A stretch of DNA of 63,660 bases, taken from NCBI RefSeq assembly GCF_000281045.1, contig NW_008246094.1, positions 312,949-376,608 on the forward strand, in the 5' to 3' direction. Shown one piece after another: positions 22,957 through 36,200 of this stretch. This DNA is from Saprolegnia diclina VS20 (taxonomy: Eukaryota). Under the pieces are notes generated by a model. That model did not search any database. It saw nothing but the letters and a program-made list of their open reading frames with translations, and was not told the origin of the DNA. The position numbers were made by a program, and so were the translations under genes. Each line of letters opens with the position of its first letter. The first letter of the stretch is position 1.

Positions 22957-23679
22957 GGTCGATCGGTCGACGGGGTGGTCGAGAAGATCCCCAAAATCCA
23001 ACTGCTCGGAATCCAGTCTGCGGCACACGCGATTCCAGAATTTCTGCGGCATAATATTAAATTCGGAGTACGGGCCCATGATCTCTCTATTTGTATTAAA
23101 CATTTGTTTCTAGTATTATAATACGCAATCCTCCAGTCCAGCGTTACGCACGCACACTATTTCCATTGCATACTATTATGGGAGAAGATTTCGAACCATC
23201 GTCCGATCCTCTTGACTGCTACACTGCTGCGATGGACCCCATGCTGCACACATGAGACTTTCAACGCGCGTGCATGTAATGCGACTGGCACTGCTGTGGC
23301 CATTCGCCATTGTTTCACGCTTGCTTTCCGACTCTGCTGAAAGGACAGCCTTCAGCAGCAGCTGCGCCGAGCTTAGTGTGTCTGTTCAATCCTGCTCTCA
23401 GACTATGCTCATGCCTGGTGCTAAACTGAATTCGAGCGGCCGCAGCATGCGTACCTGCACTCGGCGCCTTCTGCATGACCACCGAGGTATCGAGGCTGTG
23501 GATCCACGGGAGTACACTATTTCCGGGACGTTGGATCGCGGGGTTTGGCTGGCGACGTTTGATTGGTGCAAATGCGCATGAAACGCGGTCGTGGATTGGC
23601 CGAGAGGTAAAAAAGAAGAGGCCCGCAGGATCGCCGTGTATAGTTTTTTGCGCAAGTGACTGCAGCGACGACGACGACC

Positions 23680-26600
23680 ATGTCGGGCAGCCACCTCTCC
23701 AAGGACTTTTTCGAGCTCGTCAAGAGCATCGGCGAGAGCAAGTCCAAGCAGGAGGAAGATCGCATCATCGTGCAGGAGGTCGCGCAGCTCAAGCGCAAGA
23801 TGTCGGAGCTCAGCGTGGCCTCCAACTCGAACCAGCTCCAGGCCAACAAGAAGAAGCAGAAGGAGTTCCTGATCCGCCTCATGTACGTCGAGATGCTGGG
23901 CCACGACGCGAGCTTTGGCTACATCAAGGCTGTCGAGATGACGGCCGCGACCAACTTGATCCAGAAGCGGGTGGGGTACCTCACGTGCTCGCTGACGCTG
24001 TCGCCGGCCCACGAGTTTCGCTTCATGATCATCAACCAGCTCCAGCGCGACTTGCAGTCACCCAACCACCTCGAGGTCTGCTCGGCACTCATGGCCGTGT
24101 GCAAGCTCGTGACGGTCGAGATGATCCCTGCGGTCCAGCCCATGATCATGGAGGCGCTGCGCCACGAGATTGAACTGGTCCGGAAGAAGGCTGTCATGGC
24201 GCTCCACCGCTTCCACCAGCTCAACCCGGACAGCGTTGCCGACATGGGCGACACGCTCCGACGGACGCTCTGCGACCGCGACCCGAGCGTCATGGGTGCT
24301 GCGCTCTGCCTCCTCCACGACGTGGCCGTGGTCAACCCCGCCGCGTACAAGGACCTCGTGCCGTCGTACGTGAGCATCCTCAAGCAGATCACGGAGCACC
24401 GTCTCCCGCGCGAGTTTGACTACCACCGCATTCCCGCGCCGTGGATCCAGATTCGTCTCCTCAAGATCCTCGCGCTCCTCGGGCAGGCCGACCAAACGAC
24501 GAGCGAGGGCATGTACGAAGTACTCCACGACGTCATGCGCCGCGCCGACACGGGCATCAACGTCGGGTACGCGATCATCTACGAGTGCGTGCGCACGGTC
24601 ACGACCATTTACCCGAACTCGACGTTGCTGGATGCGGCCGCGGCCAGCATCTCGCGCTTCATCTCGAGCGACAACCATAACCTCAAGTACCTCGGCGTCA
24701 CGGGCCTCGCCGCAATCGTCAAGGACCACCCGCGGTAACGAGTATCTCTTCCGCGTTGCATCGAGCGCTCATTGTGTGTGCTTCTAGGTACGCGGCCGCC
24801 CATCAGATGGCGGTCATCGACTGCTTGGAAGACCCGGACGAGACGCTGAAGCGCAAGACGCTCGACTTGCTGTACCGCATGACCAACCCGGTGAACGTCG
24901 AATTCATTGTCGCCAAGCTCACGAGCTTCTTGCGCGAAGCGACCGACGTGTTTCTCCGGACGGAGCTCGTGTCTCGCATCACGCAGTGCGCCGAGCGCTA
25001 CGCGCCCAACAATGCGTGGTACATCCAGACCATGACCGACGTCTTTGAGCTCGGTGGCGAGCTCGTCAAGGTCGAGGTCGCGCACAACCTCATGCGCCTC
25101 ATCGCGGAAGGCAGCGGCGACGACGAGGAGCAGGACATGGAGCTGCGCCGCGACGCGGTCGACACGTATCTGGAGCTTCTCGAACGGCCCGTGCTGCCCG
25201 ACATTCTCGTGTGCACGATGGCGTGGGTCCTTGGCGAGTACGGGTACCTCTCGGAGGCAATGGACCTCGACGAGATTGCCGAGCGCCTCTGTGAGCTCGT
25301 GGACCGGCCGTTCGAAAACGAAGACGTCACGCGGGGGTACATCGTGACGGCCGTGACCAAGCTCACGGCGCAGATGCACGGCCGCGAGATTGACGCAGCG
25401 CGCGCCATGATGGAGAAGTACAAGACGAGTCGCAGCATCGACTTGCAGCAGCGCTGCCTCGAGTACCTCGCGATGCACGCGCACCCGGCGCTCATGGCGA
25501 CTACGTATCCCGTCGACGCGTCGTGCGAAGACCTCGAGGTCGACAGCACGCTGAGCTTTCTCCAAGCATTTGTCGACCAAGCGCTCGCCCAAGGCGCGCC
25601 GCGCTACGACCCGCCCCACGACGACGAAGAAGAGGCGTACAGTCGCCACAACGAGTCGCGCCTCAACTTTACCGCGTATGAAAAGCCGGATTTGCCGTAC
25701 GCTGGCCACAAACTGCCGCCCAACGACCCGGCCGCGATGCTCGGTGGGTACGGAGGCGCGGCCGCGCCAGCGCCATGGGGTGGCACCCCGAACGCGACCG
25801 ACGCTGGCGGCTTTAACGCGCGCAAACCGTCGGTCAAGAACGTGTGGGGTCCGTCAGGCATGAATGCACCGGCCGCGCCCGAGCCGACGCCGGCGCCGTA
25901 TGGTGGCCAGCCCAACAACCCGTATTACAACAACAACAACCAAGGCCACCACCACCAAAGCCAGTATGGACAGTCGCCGGCGCCGGCGTACTCACCCGAC
26001 CACAGCACGCACTACAACGAGAGCGACGAGGACCAGGAGCCCGACGAGCCTGTGATTGACAAGCGCGCCGAAATGGCCAACGCGCTTTTTGGCGGACTTC
26101 CGGGCGCGGGGGTCCCTCTTCCGGCGGCCAAGCGGACGAGCACCAACCGCGGCACGCTCTCGCGCAAGAGCACGGTCAAGGGTGCGTCGGCGGTCTCGGC
26201 ACCGCCCAAGCGGAGATCGACCAAGCCCGAGCAGCCAGTGCAACCGCAGCCATCGTACCAAGCGGCACCGGCGCCCGTGCATATGGACCTTCTTGACATG
26301 TCGTTTGATGCACCGGCCGCACCGTCGTACGCGCCGCAGACCAGTGCGCCGATGCTCGACCCGTTTGCGAGCGCGCCGGCGCCGGCACCCGTCGCGGATC
26401 CGTTCCAAATGGGTGGCCTCGGAAGCAGCCTTCCGTCGGCGACGCCAGTGTTTCAGTACAATGGCCGCCCGCTCGAGCCGTGGCAGATCACGACGCCCGA
26501 GTTTGGCGGCCGCTGGGGCTCGTGCCCGGCCGAGATCAAGACCAAGGTGAGCCCGAGCTCGATTGTGACTCTCGACGACTTTTGCGCGCGCCTCCGCCAG

Positions 26601-26840
26601 TTTGACATCAACGCGGTCGAATCCATTGCCCAGAGTACGCCAAAGTCTTTGCACGAGTCGGTTTCTGATGGTTTGTGTGTAGCGAACGAAGTCATTGCGG
26701 CCGGCCGACTCTTGAGCTCGGATGTGGTGTGTCTCATCCACTGCAAGGTGCGATCGGGCGGGTTGGACCTCACCGTGCGGACGCCCGATATGGCCTTTAC
26801 GAACGCACTCAGCGGCTTTCTGGGCCACGTCCTGCAGTAG
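23680..26840 (+). CDS. AP4E1: AP-4 complex subunit epsilon
   Basis: MSGSHLSKDFFELVKSIGESKSKQEEDRII, LIRLMYVEMLGHDASFGYI, YHRIPAPWIQIRLLKIL and CLEDPDETLKRKTLDLL. Disordered hinge and appendage WQITTPEFGGRW. Introns near 24735-24788 and 26635-26682. Confidence 0.95.
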
Positions 26841-27239
26841 ACCGGTCTGGGATGGACAACAAGGATGACGTACATAAGGGTCGACCTGTTCGTACTTTAC
26901 TTTTTTGTTGTGCTAGTCGATCCAGAGTACACATATGTCGTGAATGTACTCTAGTAAAGACTCTAGTTCAACTTGTAGTGAATGCGGTGGCATGTCCGAT
27001 GAGCTGCCGTCCCAGTTTGTATCAAGTTTTCAACAAGCCTGCCCGTCGTCGCCGTAACCGGTTGGGGGTGGCGATGGATCGCAAGGATCTTGGGCGTTTC
27101 ATCTATGCTGCGATTGGATTGGACAAAATGAAGCATTTTCGCTGCATTTGGTTGGCTATGTTCACGGAATTCGGAAATGGATCTTGGGAGGATCCGGGGG
27201 CAGTTAGTTCCAATATTCGCTCAAGGGGCACCGACGACG

Positions 27240-30200
27240 ATGGGGCAGCTCGAGAAGGACGACGGAGGTCTCGACGAGAGCAGCAACGACGTGCTTCGAC
27301 TCCTGGACCTCGGCCCCAGCCTCACCAAGCTACCCCCGCGGGTCATGGACGCGGACGCCGCCGGGGGGTGGGCGGCGCAGGAAGGACCGCAGCTCGAGGC
27401 CGTCGTCGACGCGGTCGATACGACCAACGGGCTCTTCCTCCATATCTCCAAGCTCGCGAGCGACATGTGGCGGAAGGAGTCGGAGACGGAGACGCCGTTC
27501 GCCGCCGTCGCGCTTCCGACCTCCGACTTTGACGTGCGTCTTGGCTCGTATCTCAAGCACCTCACGCAGCTCGCGGTCGCGACCAAGAAGGAAAAGCACA
27601 AGCACGAACAGCGGCTCCTCGCAGTCCGAAGCGTCTCCAAGAGCCAGCGCAAGGTGAGCCCACCGCCGCTGCCGCTGCCGACGCAGAACTGCATGGTGCT
27701 TGGGTGGGACATGGCGATCGCGCTCTTGCGGGCAACACGGCGCGAAGGCGGCGACACGTACCTCTCTGCGCTACGCATGATCCAAGACAACATGGCGTCG
27801 CTCAAGCCAATGGCGTACCTCGACGGTATGTATCTCTCACCGAGTGCAAGTGCGTCGTTCAACCAGCTCTGCGACTTTCTCATCGAGGCTGCCGAGCCTG
27901 TACCGTCTCCGAACGACGAGATGGAGGCCAGTGTCTCGCGCACGACGATTTCGACGCTGGCCGAGCTTGCTCTTGTGCGCGGGTCACTCGCGTACCTGCT
28001 CTCGTCCGTGCTCTGGATGCTCTCGCGGTCGCCGGCCACGACCCTCGACGTCAACCACGTCCTCTCCAAGCTTTTGTCGATCAAAGAGCAGTCGCTCTAT
28101 GGGATCTGTGAAGCGTCCGGGGAGCTCTACTGCTGCGGCCAAAACTCGTACGGCGAGCTCGGTATTGGCGACGACATTGAGCGCCATCAGCTCACGTTTG
28201 TACCGTTTGGTGGCTGGGACGACATTCGACAGGTCGTGAGCGGCAACGAGATCCTCGCGGTCCTCACCAACAGCGGCATCGTGCTCACCGCGGGCCTCAA
28301 CAAGAGTGGCCAGTGCGGCCACGGCCACTTTGACGAACGCGTTATGCTACTCCGGCCGATCGAGGCGCTTCGCTCGCAGCGCGTTCGGTTTCTCGCCGCG
28401 TCCAACGGCTGCGAACACATGATTGCCGTCACGGACTCGGGGTTAGCGTACTCATGGGGCTACAACGACCGCGGTCAGCTCGGCCACGAGAACGTCACGA
28501 CCAAGATCCACGTGCCCAAGCTCATCGACCACCTCCGCGATAAGAAGGTGACGTTTGCAGCCGTGAGCTACCACCACAGCGCCGTGATTACAGAGAAAGG
28601 TGAGCTCTTTACGTTTGGCATGAACGACTGCGGGCAGCTCGGGCACGACTCGACCGCCCACCAAAGCATTCCGACGCACGTCAAGGCGCTCGATGGCCAC
28701 GTCGTATCGATGGTGTCGTGCGGCTTGTACCACACAATCGTGTGCACGGCCGTTGGCGAGCTCTACACGTTTGGCAAGAACGACTATGGACAGCTCGGGC
28801 TTGGCCACAACCGAATGAGCAAACTCCCGAGCCTCGTGTCGATCCCGAACGAGTCGATTGCGTTTGTCACGTGCGGCTACTACCACTCGCTCGTCGTCGG
28901 GACCAGCGGCCGCGTCTTTGCGTTTGGCCGCAACGACTATGGGCAGCTCGGCATTGGCACCAAAGTGCACCAGAGCATGCCGCACGTCATTACACTGGCG
29001 CCGACCGTGCGCGTGACGCGCGCCGCGTGCGGCTGCTACCACACGGTCATTCTCTCCGAGCAAGGCCACGTGTTTGCGTTTGGGCGCAACAACAAGGGTC
29101 AACTCGGAAACCGCGGCAGCACCGACTCGCTCTTGCCCGTGCCGCTCATGGTGCGGCCAGAGAAGAGCCATCGCCGCGTGCTCGACATTGCCGCGGGCTT
29201 TTACACGACGTCGCTGATTGTCGAGCGCAAGAAAGAGTCGGACGACGACGACAAGAGCGACCAGAGCTGGGTCATTCCGCTCTGTGGGCGCATCGACATT
29301 GACCGGTCTGGCGAAATTGAAGGTTTGAGCAACTTTGGGTCCCTCTCGACGGTCGGCGTGAGCCTCACGCGCGGCGCGTGGTTTTACGAAGTCGAAGTTG
29401 TCACGTCCGGCTTGATCCAAATCGGCTGGATCGACGGTCATTTTCAAGGCAGCTCGGACCAAGGCGAAGGCGTCGGGGATCACGCACATTCGTGGAGCTA
29501 CGACGGCAACCGCCAGCGCCGTTGGAACTCGGGGTCGTCGACGTATGGCGACAAGTGGAAGGCTGGCGACATAATTGGGTGCCTCCTCGACCTCGAGGCT
29601 TCCGAAATGCGCTTCTTCCGGAACGGCATCGACCTTGGCGTCGCCTACGCCGAGTTCCACCCGTCGTTGGAGGACGCACGCAGCGGCATGATGCCGGGCA
29701 TTAGTCTTGAGCGCGGCGAGATCATCCGGCTTAACCTCGGGCACACGGCGTTTGCTTTTCCGCCGACGGCCAAGCACGAGAGCGTCGCCCGCGCGATGCA
29801 GTGTCCCGCCCCCGAAGTCGCCATGTCGCTCGCACCACACGTGCCGACAAATGCACCCGAAGCGCTTCACGGCTCGGCCAAGGTACTCGTCGGCGATCGT
29901 CTCTTTGTCATTGGCGGTATGCTGGCGAGCGACAAGGACGCCGCAACGACGAAAGTGTGGGTCTGCCACCTCCCAACCAACAAGTGGGACCGTTGGAGCG
30001 ACCTCCCGATCCCGCTCAAGTTTCACCAAGCGGTGCTCATCGATGAGCACAACATTCTCGTCGTCGGTGGTGAAAACGACGCGCCCGTGTCGCGCCATCT
30101 CGACTTGTACAAGTGTTCGACAAGAGCAAATGCCGATGGCTCGTTTCCGACCTGGGACCTTATCCAAGGGTCGTCGGCCACGTCGCTACCGGTGGCGCGA

Positions 30201-33200
30201 GCCCACCATACGGTCGCCGCCGTCCGCGTCCGGCTGGAGACGCTCGTGTTTCTCTTTGGTGGTCGCGCGTCGGACGATACGATCCTCGGCGACGCGTGGT
30301 TTCTGTCGATTGAAGACTTTGCGTGGGCCAAATTGCCGTCGTCGATTGCATTGGACCCAGGGCCGCGCATGGGGTGTGCGTCGTGCGTCGTCGGCGAAAG
30401 CGTCTACGTATTTGGTGGTGTCGACAAGGAAGACCGGCTGCGCGCGGACCTCTGGCGCTACAATACGTTTGACCGCGTTTGGCACCTCTGCCACGACGAC
30501 CACATTTACACCCCCCGCGAGCACATGAAGGGCGACAAGATGCAAGAGTTCAATCCGCTCATGCCGTCGGTGCGCGCGCACCATGGCATGGCCTCGGACC
30601 TTGGCAACATTTGGATTTACGGTGGCGAGACACGCAAAGGTGACGCGCTCGGCGATCTTTGGGTGTTTTCACTTACACGCAGTACGTGGGCGTCGGTCGA
30701 TGTGGTTGGCGCCGAGCCCCTCGCGCACGCCGCCCTGTTTGTCGCTGCCGGTCGCGTCTGCGCCCTTCCTTCCGGCCAGGTGCCAGCGCCGCTTGCTTGC
30801 TTTCTCTATGGCGGTCGCACGGCGTTGCTTGAGAATGGTACTGCTGTGCCCACATGGACGACAACAATCCGACTTTTGACGCCATCGGCCGCGCACAAGC
30901 GTCTCGAGAACGGACGGTCGTCGCAAACGGTCGTCGGGAAACCGTCGACGGTCTTGGCGAGTTTACGTGCGCACGCGGGCGACGCGCAGTGTCTGCCGAC
31001 GTGTGTCGACTCGGCAAGCTGCATTCTGGGCCACCTCGACCGCCTCCTTGGCAACGACGTGCCGCAGTACGAAGTCGATGCGATCCAGCCGTCGCGCTGC
31101 AGCTACCGTTCGCTGTGCATTGACGCCAAGGAGCCATCGTTTGCCGCGTTGCACCGACTTCTCTTGCTTTTGGGCACCAAGTACTTGGCGCCGCAGACCA
31201 TCGCCTCGCAAGAGACACTGTACCCGCTCTTGGTCGTGCTGCGCTTGATCAAGTTCAACTTTTTCGAGGTTGGTACGAGGTGGAGAGACACTTGATTGAC
31301 CTGTTTTTGTAGCTCTCGACGTCGTGTCTGGTGCTCGATGACTTGGGGTTTTCCTCGGCGTCAACAGAGCCAGGCGGTACGCTCTACTTGCTACGCGAGC
31401 TCCTCTTTTCGATTGCCGAGTACGTGCCGCCTGCCGACAACAATGGCGTCGGCGCAGCCATCAAGAAAGAGACTGTTGCGGCGATCAACTGCGGGTTTGC
31501 CATCATGTTTCCGTCGCTTCTCGACCGTCTCTCGGTGCTCACACGGCTCTTTAATGACCAAGCCAAGTCGACAGACGTCGCCAACTTGCTCTTGCCGATG
31601 CTTGTGCCGTCGTTTGCGTGTCCAAAGACACTGTTTGAGCTCATGGCCGAGTCGGTCGACAGCACATCACTAGCGATTACAACGTCGTTTGCCGAGACGC
31701 TCTTGCGCGCCCTCTGGCAGCAAACGCTGGCTGCAGCGCCCAACACTCTCTCGGCGCTCTCCAGTATTGAAGCGTCGTCCGAATTCCAGTGCTTCCACGT
31801 GCTTTTGCGCGCATCGCTTTTTTGGGCCGCGTCGAGTCTCCACGGGTGGGCCATCGCCAAGCACATTGTCGAGCGCTTGCTGCACTACATGGCCCAGCTC
31901 GTTGACGCGCTCAAGACGCCGTCGATGGTGCCCCCCGCGCTCTTTCTCCAGCAGAGTTTTGCAGGCAAGCTTCTTCCGTATACCCTCGTGAGCATTCTCA
32001 ACCTGCCCTCGATTCGACCGACGTTTGCGAGCGCTGTCGAAGTATTGTGGCCGGCAGTGCAGGCGCTTCTGTCGGCCCTGCACGAGCTCATGACGTCGCT
32101 GCGACCCGGGTCCATGTCGCTCACGCCATCGTCGTCGCTCACACCAACGCTACCGGCAACGTTCCAAGAGGAGGCATTGTTTAGCACAGCGACGCTGCAG
32201 GTCACCCCCGCGCTTCTGGACGCGCTTCAAGTACCGTCGAACCGCGTGCTCAATGGCGTGGAGCTTGCGGGTCTGCTCTGGAACGCGGTCCGTGCGGGCA
32301 GCCCCGTGAAGCGGCTGCCAACCGCCAGCGTCCGCGACTACGACATTTACCGCGTCGTGCTCTCGCCGGGTTTCGCCAACGTCTTTGGAAAGCGCAGTCT
32401 TCTTGTCGGGTACCGTGGTCACCCCGATATGGACGACTTGAGCGACACGCCGTATGACGCGACCAAGTTTACATGGAAGTTTGCGTGGGATGCCCTCACT
32501 TGCCACGTTACGCTCTTGACACCGAGCGTGTTTCCACCGCCGGCGCCGTCGCAGGTCGTGTCTTCAACGATGGCGAGTCCAGAGCTCGCAGCGCATCTCG
32601 ACTGGGTTCATGATTTTCAAAGCCTCTTGGCCCATCTGGGCGGGCAGTATGCGTCGGCGCTCATCATTGGTGACGCGTCGGCCAAGGACACGCCGGCGTC
32701 GCTCGAGCGCTGGATTCAGTCCCCGCTCTTCCGCGGCGGCCTCGACGATGTCGAGGGCGAGGCCAACCGCAACGATGTTCTCTTGTCGCAAATCCTTACC
32801 AACGATGGTGCCGGCAAGAAGCTCATCGACAAGGTCAAGATGGCTGTGGATCCTGACGCACACATCAACCCCAAGCTTCGCGCGACGCGCCTCAAGCGCC
32901 AAGACAGCGTGGAGCGAACGCTCGAGAAGAGCGGTGGTTTCGAGGCGGTGGACCGAGCTGTGCGCGCAACATTCGCGGTTCTCGCCAAGCACAGCCACAC
33001 GTCGTACGTGAGCGACCCGCTCACGCGCGACGGAATGCCCAGCGATGCGCTCGTGGATGCCTGGCGCACGGCCCTGCAGCTTCGCCGATGGTATGAACAC
33101 TATTGCGAAACTTGCGTCCAACGTGGTGTATAGGATCGTGCGGGAGCAGCAAAAGCTAGCGGTCACCTTGAGGTAGGTGATGAGGTTTCTACATTGGTGA

Positions 33201-36200
33201 TGCTACAGCACGGAACATGGATAGTGATGGCAAGGTGCATGGCGATGACGCTACCGACGACTCGGAGGCGACCAAGGAACGGCAGCAAGTGCTCTACAAG
33301 CAAGTGTGCGACCCGATTGTTGAGCGTGCGCGCCTTTTGTTGCAGCTAGCACCAGTGCCCGTCTCGAGCGCAGTCGATCACGGCTCGTCGCCTTTCAAGA
33401 TTCTTCCGGGCATCTCGCAGGCCCCATTCGACTTCGCGTCGCGCCAGGCTGCTGACGCCTCGACCAGTGCGAGCACTACCACGAGTGGCGACTCGGACCA
33501 AGAGCAGTGGCTGCGCCAACTCAACAAGCTCATGGAGACCAAGTCGCTCGAGATGATTGAAGAAGAGGACGAGAAGATCCAGACAGACATTTTTGCATTC
33601 CTCCAGCAGCCGGAAGGCGCCTCGTTCGACGCCGACATGGAGGCACTGCTTCGAAAGCACAAGCAGCGCGCACAGCAACGCCTCCATGGTCTTGAGATCT
33701 TTTTCACGCTGCTGCAATGCACAATGGGTATCCCGTCGGCTCGCTTTCACTTGCTTCCGACGCTCGCCGCGTCGTTTCGACGGTCCACATCGAGCGTCGA
33801 CGCCCTCTCAACGACCAAAGTGCACTACTCGCACGAGCTCGAGCTCGCGGGTCGCAAGACCCTGGAAGCGATCGGGGGGCAGTTTTTCACGCTTGTATCA
33901 CACCTCCTCGAATCGTCTTCGGCGACGATGCTGCACCTCAAGCACGCGTACTGCAGCGTCGAGGCGCGCAAGCCGTCGGTCCATGCGATGCACGAAGCCG
34001 TTCAAGACGTCTTGTTGGCGATGGACGTGTGTAGCATCCCATATGGGCCGCAAGACTGGTCGGCCGTGGGCCAGAGCTGCCTCCCGGCCTTTCTCACGGA
34101 AATGACGTCGTGGAAGGGCTGGCGGGACGTCTTCTCGATTGAAGACGTTGACGACGCGACCTCCATTGAAACCGACACGTTCAAGCCCGCGATCTTGTCG
34201 GCCGGCGTCGGTATGAGCCACGTGCGCTTTCTTCACGGCGCCAACGTCACAGTGGACACGGATACGCACATTGCCATGGCCCTCAAGAAGCCGTCGAGTC
34301 CCTTCACGGCGGATGTGCCGCTGCCAACCGATGCGGGTGGCCTCGCGATCGTTCAGCGCGTCTTTACAAAAGGGCGATGGTACTGGGAGCTCCTCTTGCG
34401 CCACCAGGGCACGTACCCCGTCTTTGTCGGGGTTGGCAACGCCACGGCCAACGTCAATACACCCTACAGCTCGGAGGGTGTTGTGGGTGTTGCATTTGCC
34501 AAGGAGAAAACCACATGCCCCGGGCTCCCGACGCTGGCGTGGTCGCGCACGCACCCGATTGGCGTGCTTCTCGACTGTGACGCCAAGACGCTCGACTTTT
34601 ATGCTGGGTACAAAAAGGTGCACACGGTCTCGCTCCAGGGACTCGCTTTGCTCGGGCTTGGCGTGGCCCCAGTCCTTGGCCTCCTCGACAGCGACCTCCA
34701 GTGGGACTTGTATGCCCCAGTGCCGCCGCGTATCTGCGCCATGGGACCCAAGCTCACAACACCGTTTGTGGCGGGTGGTCTTACGAGCGAGACGTTTGGC
34801 GGCAGTACGTTGTGCTGGAGCGGCCTGCTTAAAGGCCCCAATCTGCAGCTCTCGGCCGACTGCTCGACAATCATTGCTGGCGATGTCATGATGGCGGCGC
34901 CCGTCCTCGAGTCGGTCATTGCCAACAAGAGTTTTCCGGACGGCCAACTCTACATGGAGCTCTCGGTGCTCTCCGTGGGTCGCCGTGGCCACGGGCTCCT
35001 CGTGCTGAGTATTGTCGACACGTCATTTTCTGCCGTCCACAGCGGCTTGTTGGTCCACGGGCTCTCGGTCGAGTACAACGACGACGAGCTTGAGCAAGAC
35101 CTCATGGGCGTTCTCTTTGACTTTAACGAAGGCCGCATCACGCTCTACCAGAAGCGAAAAGAGGCGCTGGTGTACGCTGTGGACCTCTCGCTTCTCGAAG
35201 CGCCGTACGTGCCGGCGCTCTCGTGTCTCTGCAACGGGTCGGTCGTTTTGACCAACTTTCATCCTCGCGCGCGGCCGCAGCTACCTCTCTCGGCCGTGTA
35301 CCCCGTCGCCAAAGGCACGTATGCAACGTCGATGGCCACCGAGAAGCAAGTGGGGAAAAATCTCGACTTGCTCGTCGTCTCGTGCGACGGCGGCGAGTTT
35401 AGCGTCTCCCACGCGGTGCCCAACCTCTTGCTCGACGACAATTCGGTCTATAGCTCGTCCGTTGGCGCCAACGTCAATGTTGTGTTGAAGCACATGAATG
35501 ACACGCCGTTCACTGTGACGTACGCTACGCTGCGCGGTCCGGGCGCGGGCTACACGGCGCCGCTGCAACACGCAGCTGTCTTTGTGCTGAGCTCGCTCCC
35601 CGATTTGGAGGAGCTCGAACAGTACAATGGATTGACGCCAGAAGAGTTTGCCGGTCTCCCAGCTGCACCAAAGGACGCCCACGCCAAGCGCGACGAGACG
35701 CAGCCCGTGCTCTACTTTGTGCTGGACGGCAACTGCTCCCAAGTGTCCAAGCGACTCGCGACTCCGCTCACGGGTCGTTTCATTGTCGTCAAGCTCCTTC
35801 GGCCGGCTGTTGGCATGAACATTGACATTGGGTACATGGGCTTTTGCGGCGCGTTTGACAAAGAAAATGGACCTGCGTACAGCGACTTGTATTGGGACGA
35901 CTACATGTGCGTCGAGTGCCACGCCTGTCCCGTGCCAGGCGTCTGCTACGTCTGTGAAGAAGACGAAACGATGAAGCTCTGCAGTATTTGCTATGACGAC
36001 ATGCGTGGCAACGTCGACGCAGCCCACTACGCGTGCATTGCGTGCGAAGACGAAGACCGCGAGACGGCCACGTCCATCTTGTGTCCAACGCGAGCCTCTT
36101 GGAACAGCACGGTCGCTGCTCTTTTCGAGCACAGCAAGCCGTCGGTGCCGGGCGACGACGCCATGAGCGGTCTCGGTCACTTGCTCACCGAGCCCGAAGA

